Below are positions 56,201 to 64,000 of a DNA stretch of 64,000 bases, in pieces. The notes under the pieces were generated by a model. That model had not been told where the DNA came from. It was given only the letters and a program-made list of their open reading frames with translations, and made no database searches. Position 1 is the first letter of the stretch; the number at the start of each line of letters is the position of its first letter. The stretch lies in the NCBI RefSeq assembly GCF_054482595.1, contig NZ_CM137008.1; one strand, written 5' to 3'. Both the position numbers and the translations under genes were made by a program.

Positions 56201-57131
56201 TCAGCGCATCGGCGGTATCGCGAATTTCCCGCTCGCCGCTCATAAAGATCAGAATGTCGCCGGGGCTTTCCTGGCTTAGTTCGTCTACGGCGTCAAAAAT
56301 CGCCTGCAACTGATCGCGCTCGGTGTCATCGGCTTCTTCAACAATCGGGCGATAGCGCACTTCCACCGGATAGGTCCGACCGGAGACTTCAATAATCGGC
56401 GCATTATTAAAGTGGCGCGAAAAGCGTTCCGGGTCGATAGTCGCGGAAGTGATAATGATTTTTAGGTCAGGACGCCGCGGCAGCAACTCTTTCAAATAGC
56501 CGAGCAGAAAATCGATATTCAGGCTGCGTTCGTGCGCTTCGTCAATAATGATGGTGTCGTACTGCATCAGCAGGCGGTCTTGCTGGATCTCCGCCAGCAG
56601 GATACCGTCGGTCATCAGCTTGACCATCGTGTTATCACTTACGTGATCGCTGAAACGCACTTTGTAACCGATGCAACCGCCCGGCTCCGTTTTCAGCTCT
56701 TCCGCAATACGGTTCGCCACCGTTCTTGCCGCCAGGCGACGCGGCTGGGTATGGCCGATCAGCCCTTTAATCCCGCGCCCCAGCTCCATACAGATTTTCG
56801 GTAACTGAGTCGTTTTACCAGAACCCGTTTCCCCGGCGACGATCACCACCTGGTGATCACGAATCGCTTCGAGAATGTCCTGCTTTTTCTGACTAACCGG
56901 TAAATTGTCAGGATAAGTAATTTCCGGTCGTGCCGCTTCACGCAGCAGGACTTTCCCTGCCGCCTGGTCAATCTCTTTCGCCATCTCCTGGAAAATGGCC
57001 TGTTGTGCATCAGGATTTTTAACCTTCTTCACGCCGTGCAGACGGCGAGAAAAACGCAGTCTGTCACGCAGCATCAGCGAATCCAGCCGCTGCTGCAAGG
57101 CCGTAAAGGTCAATTTTTGTTGTTCTGTCAT
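53229..57131 (-). CDS. hrpA: ATP-dependent RNA helicase HrpA (DEAH-box)
   Basis: 1300-aa ORF; Walker A GETGSGKTTQ, DEAH motif, helicase C-terminal domains. Confidence 0.9.
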   Translation of the reverse strand: MTEQQKLTFTALQQRLDSLMLRDRLRFSRRLHGVKKVKNPDAQQAIFQEMAKEIDQAAGKVLLREAARPEITYPDNLPVSQKKQDILEAIRDHQVVIVAGETGSGKTTQLPKICMELGRGIKGLIGHTQPRRLAARTVANRIAEELKTEPGGCIGYKVRFSDHVSDNTMVKLMTDGILLAEIQQDRLLMQYDTIIIDEAHERSLNIDFLLGYLKELLPRRPDLKIIITSATIDPERFSRHFNNAPIIEVSGRTYPVEVRYRPIVEEADDTERDQLQAIFDAVDELSQESPGDILIFMSGEREIRDTADALNKLNLRHTEILPLYARLSNSEQNRVFQSHSGRRIVLATNVAETSLTVPGIKYVIDPGTARISRYSYRTKVQRLPIEPISQASANQRKGRCGRVSEGICIRLYSEDDFLSRPEFTDPEILRTNLASVILQMTALGLGDIAAFPFVEAPDKRNIQDGVRLLEELGAITTDEQASAYKLTPLGRQLSQLPVDPRLARMVLEAQKHGCVREAMIITSALSIQDPRERPMDKQQASDEKHRRFHDKESDFLAFVNLWNYLGEQQKALSSNAFRRLCRTDYLNYLRVREWQDIYTQLRQVVKELGIPVNSEPAEYREIHIALLTGLLSHIGMKDADKQEYTGARNARFSIFPGSGLFKKPPKWVMVAELVETSRLWGRIAARIDPEWVEPVAQHLIKRTYSEPHWERAQGAVMATEKVTVYGLPIVAARKVNYSQIDPALCRELFIRHALVEGDWQTRHAFFRENLKLRAEVEELEHKSRRRDILVDDETLFEFYDQRISHDVISARHFDSWWKKVSRETPDLLNFEKSMLIKEGAEKISKLDYPNFWHQGNLKLRLSYQFEPGADADGVTVHIPLPLLNQVEESGFEWQIPGLRRELVIALIKSLPKPVRRNFVPAPNYAEAFLGRVTPLELPLLDSLERELRRMTGVTVDREDWHWDQVPDHLKITFRVVDDKNKKLKEGRSLQDLKDALKGKVQETLSAVADDGIEQSGLHIWSFGQLPESYEQKRGNYKVKAWPALVDERDSVAIKLFDNPLEQKQAMWNGLRRLLLLNIPSPIKYLHEKLPNKAKLGLYFNPYGKVLELIDDCISCGVDQLIDANGGPVWTEEGFAALHEKVRAELNDTVVDIAKQVEQILTAVFNINKRLKGRVDMTMALGLSDIKAQMGGLVYRGFVTGNGFKRLGDTLRYLQAIEKRLEKLGVDPHRDRAQMLKVENVQQAWQQWINKLPPARREDEDVKEIRWMIEELRVSYFAQQLGTPYPISDKRILQAMEQISG

Positions 57132-57322
57132 AACGTTAGTGGGCAGTAGTCTGCCTGATTAATTTTCTTTGAAATGATAGATATAGAGTACCACATCGCG
57201 GCTTTCTATGCGTTGTTCAATAAATTCGAACATAGGCTTCGATTTATTGCGCTATCTCTGTGGCAGGATTGTGAATAAAGTGTCAACAAGCAACGGGGCA
57301 TCGCCCATTCAAATATCCATAA

Positions 57323-57937
<615 letters not shown>

Positions 57938-57990
57938 CCGGACACGGTCTTGATGTGGACTGTAGATATTCAGTCCACATCTCAATCCAC

Positions 57991-61054
<3,064 letters not shown>

Positions 61055-61069
61055 TTTCTCTATTTTCCT

Positions 61070-61966
61070 TCAGTAACAGCAGTAGCGAATAAAATAAAAA
61101 AATACCGGAGCGGTGAAAATTAATGAGTCAATCCTGTCAAGGAGTCCGCCATGTCCTGGTAATAGTTTTCCGCTATCTTTAACACTAATATCTCGTTTGA
61201 TGGCTGACATCACTACATCGCCGCAAAAACCACTAATACCAATTAACAAACCCGCTAATAATGCCTGTAATGTATTTAGCGGTGTCAGCAACGGTCCAAT
61301 AATAAGTGACGCAATCATGGTGGTGATTACGCCCCCCACCAGACCTTCCAGCGTTTTTCCCGGGCTGACTTTGGGGACCACTTTTCTTCTGCCGCAGGAT
61401 TTCCCCCATAAATACTGTGCAATATCGTTTGACTCTGTTGTCGCCAAAAGAAATAACACCAGTAACGCCCCGCCCTGGGTATTTGTGGTTGGCAACATTA
61501 ATAACCAGGCGGCATGACTCAAGGCGAAAACGGTCATTATCCAGCCCCAAAAAATGGCGCTCACGGTATGCAGAAAACCGGAGGTATCACCTACTAAAAC
61601 TCGCCAGGTGGTTAATATCAGAAACCCAGCCAAAGGTATAAATAACAGAAACAGCTCAAAGCAATTAAAACCGATAAGCAAATAGTTAAGAGGAATAACC
61701 CAATATAACCAACGCGGAAAATGTACGGATATAAGCGTACAATATTCTTTCAATGCCAGAAAACTTATCAGCGCAAAAAACGTCAACGTCATCCAGCGTG
61801 GACCTGAAATCACCAGTGAAAAACAAATGACGATACCCCACCAGGTACGAATACGTAATGTAACTTCATCCTCTTTTCTCTCCGGTAACCGCCATACCCG
61901 AAAACGGTTTATCAGCGTTGCTAAAATTAACAACGCGAAAAGTGTTGCCAGAGATTTTTCCAGCAT
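61070..61966 (-). CDS. ynbB: CDP-diglyceride synthase (CdsA)-like membrane protein
   Basis: 298-aa hydrophobic ORF; CdsA-like C-terminal region. Confidence 0.8.
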   Translation of the reverse strand: MLEKSLATLFALLILATLINRFRVWRLPERKEDEVTLRIRTWWGIVICFSLVISGPRWMTLTFFALISFLALKEYCTLISVHFPRWLYWVIPLNYLLIGFNCFELFLLFIPLAGFLILTTWRVLVGDTSGFLHTVSAIFWGWIMTVFALSHAAWLLMLPTTNTQGGALLVLFLLATTESNDIAQYLWGKSCGRRKVVPKVSPGKTLEGLVGGVITTMIASLIIGPLLTPLNTLQALLAGLLIGISGFCGDVVMSAIKRDISVKDSGKLLPGHGGLLDRIDSLIFTAPVFFYFIRYCCY

Positions 61967-62577
61967 TATCTTTCAGCACTCATCAGGAGCACACTCCGAC
62001 AACGATTAATCGCAGTCCAGATAAGCAGAATTGAAGCAATGCCCCATAAAAGATTATTCCATTGCATCCACTGTGGATAAATGGCAACGGCCAGCCCCCA
62101 CAACCCAAATATTAACGCACGATCGCTTTTGCCGAATGGACCGGCATAACTGCGAATACCGTTAATCGTCTGCGCGAGTAAACCGCAAAACTCAGTCAAT
62201 ATGGTGAAAAATAACATGAGTATTACGAGTGATGCGTTACTTTCTGGTAAAAATAAAAACGGTAAATAGAGCGCAATATCGGAAATAACATCGCCAGTTT
62301 CATTCAAAATCGCCCCCAGACGTGTTTGCAGATTGCACTCACGCGCCAACATGCCATCCAGCGCATTGAGTGCCATACGGATAAAAAGCACGATGGGCAA
62401 TAGCAAAAAGAGGATGGGTTGTGCGACCAACATCAACAGCAATCCGGTAATAAGAGAAAGCGCCAGTGCAGCAAGAGTGATGTGATTCGCTGTAACATGG
62501 TGCTTATAAAGCCAAAACATCGTCGGCCTTAACAGCGACTGAAAGAGCGGTTTTATCTGGTAGAGCGTCATTATCAA
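61966..62577 (-). CDS. ynbA: CDP-alcohol phosphatidyltransferase-family membrane protein
   Basis: 203-aa ORF; D-G-x2-A-R...G-x3-D-x3-D-like motif; 1-nt overlap with ynbB. Confidence 0.8.
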   Translation of the reverse strand: MIMTLYQIKPLFQSLLRPTMFWLYKHHVTANHITLAALALSLITGLLLMLVAQPILFLLLPIVLFIRMALNALDGMLARECNLQTRLGAILNETGDVISDIALYLPFLFLPESNASLVILMLFFTILTEFCGLLAQTINGIRSYAGPFGKSDRALIFGLWGLAVAIYPQWMQWNNLLWGIASILLIWTAINRCRSVLLMSAER

Positions 62578-62740
62578 TCCTTGATAATTCGGTTTGCGCT
62601 ATGGTGCATCAATTCCCCTGACGGAGATATCGCAACACGACGCTTCATTAAAAATTCAGAATATATCAAGGTATTGGGGACTCACTGTCAGGAATGATTA
62701 TCCCAATAAATCAAGTGGTTAAAAATTATTACGCTGTTAT

Positions 62741-64000
62741 TCAATACAACTCATCAAGTTTTCTCATCGCTTGTTCCCGTATTGCGCGCGTCTTACCGTT
62801 AAGCGCCAGCTGGCGAACTAAATCCAGTTCAGGGTTAACAAGCTCTAACGCCAGCAAAGGATCACGTTTCAGCCTCGCCTTTAATACATCAACTGGAAAA
62901 CGGGGATTATTCATCGCCACAATCCACCACTCGGGATCAATTTCTGCCGCCAGTACTGCAGGCGGTGTGTGGCGGTTGTTAAGTGCGCCGAACTTGAAAA
63001 ATGTGAGATTGCTTTTCGCCAGTGTACTCCACCATATACGATCCGGTTGTTTTGCCAGTACATCCAGTTGTGCTAACGCATCGGGGTCTAGTGCATAATA
63101 AACACGTAACGCTTCGTTAACCTGCGCACGGGAACTGTTTTCCTGCCTCAGAAAAAACTTCGCCCAAATATCATTGCGTGGCGTGTTTTGCTGTAATTCC
63201 TTGAGAACAACAGCGGGTAAATTATCCCAACTAATTAATGCTCTCTCTAAAAAGTCCCAGTCGTCCGAACGTATCAGAGAGGTGGCATTTAATAGCATCT
63301 GGTCATCAACTTCACCGTAGCTGATAAGCTCAGACAAAATCATATCAGCGCTGGTTTCATATGCATCTGAATCTGCTTTGGGATTATTTTTCCGATGCGA
63401 TAAAGCACGTTGCCAAATTTTTTGTTTCATCGACGTGCTCAGATACTGATTTTTCGCCAGATTACTCCACCCCTCAGGATCGTTGAAACGTGTCAATAAC
63501 CGTTGTAAAGCAGCGTCAGAGTGAATTATCTGCATATCCCGACAGCAAAAGTAGGCAGGGGATTTTTTCTCCATCCTTTTAACAAAATTAAACTGTAAGT
63601 TATCTGGCAACGCTAAAAATAACGCACCTATTAGATCATCGTCATTCTCGAATTTTTGGTATAAATATACTGCTATTTTGTCACTCTCTTGTGGCGTCAT
63701 CCGCAACAATTGACCATGGTGTTTCATCTCTGCCAGCTTTAACGCTAAGCTTGTGACAACATCGTTTGATGAATCGTTCGCCAACTGCATTGCCTGATTG
63801 TAGGTGAGTTGTCCTCCAGCACCGACCTGACGAATAGAGGAATCATCACTGCGGATATAGCCATCAATAATGGATTCGGGCAATAACCACGCATCTTTAT
63901 AAAGCTCCTGAATGATCATATCCCAATCTCTTTTCGCCAGAGTCATGACGATATCCAGAGGGAGATTTTCACGTAGCGCAAGATTCAACGGACCGACACC
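62741..64000 (-). CDS. ydbD: Uncharacterised protein, C-terminal part only; the 5' end lies beyond the window
   Basis: ORF 62741..63988 runs to the window edge; assignment is by synteny upstream of ynbA only. Confidence 0.5.
   Translation of the reverse strand, partial: GVGPLNLALRENLPLDIVMTLAKRDWDMIIQELYKDAWLLPESIIDGYIRSDDSSIRQVGAGGQLTYNQAMQLANDSSNDVVTSLALKLAEMKHHGQLLRMTPQESDKIAVYLYQKFENDDDLIGALFLALPDNLQFNFVKRMEKKSPAYFCCRDMQIIHSDAALQRLLTRFNDPEGWSNLAKNQYLSTSMKQKIWQRALSHRKNNPKADSDAYETSADMILSELISYGEVDDQMLLNATSLIRSDDWDFLERALISWDNLPAVVLKELQQNTPRNDIWAKFFLRQENSSRAQVNEALRVYYALDPDALAQLDVLAKQPDRIWWSTLAKSNLTFFKFGALNNRHTPPAVLAAEIDPEWWIVAMNNPRFPVDVLKARLKRDPLLALELVNPELDLVRQLALNGKTRAIREQAMRKLDELY

Overview
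This window reads as an Escherichia coli chromosomal segment that follows the gene order I recall for the K-12 narZYWV to ynbABCD region (about 32–33 min), in descending K-12 coordinate order. Most of it is ordinary core chromosome: nitrate reductase Z tail, nhoA, ansP, yncD/yncE, curA, patD-ydcSTUV, hicAB, rlhA, tehAB, opgD, trg, hokB, cybB, gapC, aldA, hrpA, azoR, ynbABCD. The one clearly accessory block is at 5.4–13.3 kb: a complete vgrG, a PAAR-Rhs polymorphic toxin and a small downstream lipoprotein-like ORF, where K-12 as I recall it has only a truncated rhsE and no vgrG. This is the best candidate for something undescribed: the Rhs C-terminal tip (about 148 aa after the DPLGL boundary) matches no toxin family I can recognise by eye, and its putative immunity partner looks like an inner-membrane lipoprotein. 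Other points worth a second look are a hicA that appears frameshifted next to an intact hicB, an IS200/IS605-family element with an intact tnpB but a tnpA carrying an in-frame stop, an uninterrupted gapC, the RydC sRNA, several small toxin/membrane peptides missed by the ORF track (hokB, ortT, yncL, ydcA), and the uncharacterised ynbABCD lipid-enzyme operon. All identifications are from reading the sequence and from memory of E. coli proteins; no database search was run. No CRISPR array, tRNA or rRNA was seen.
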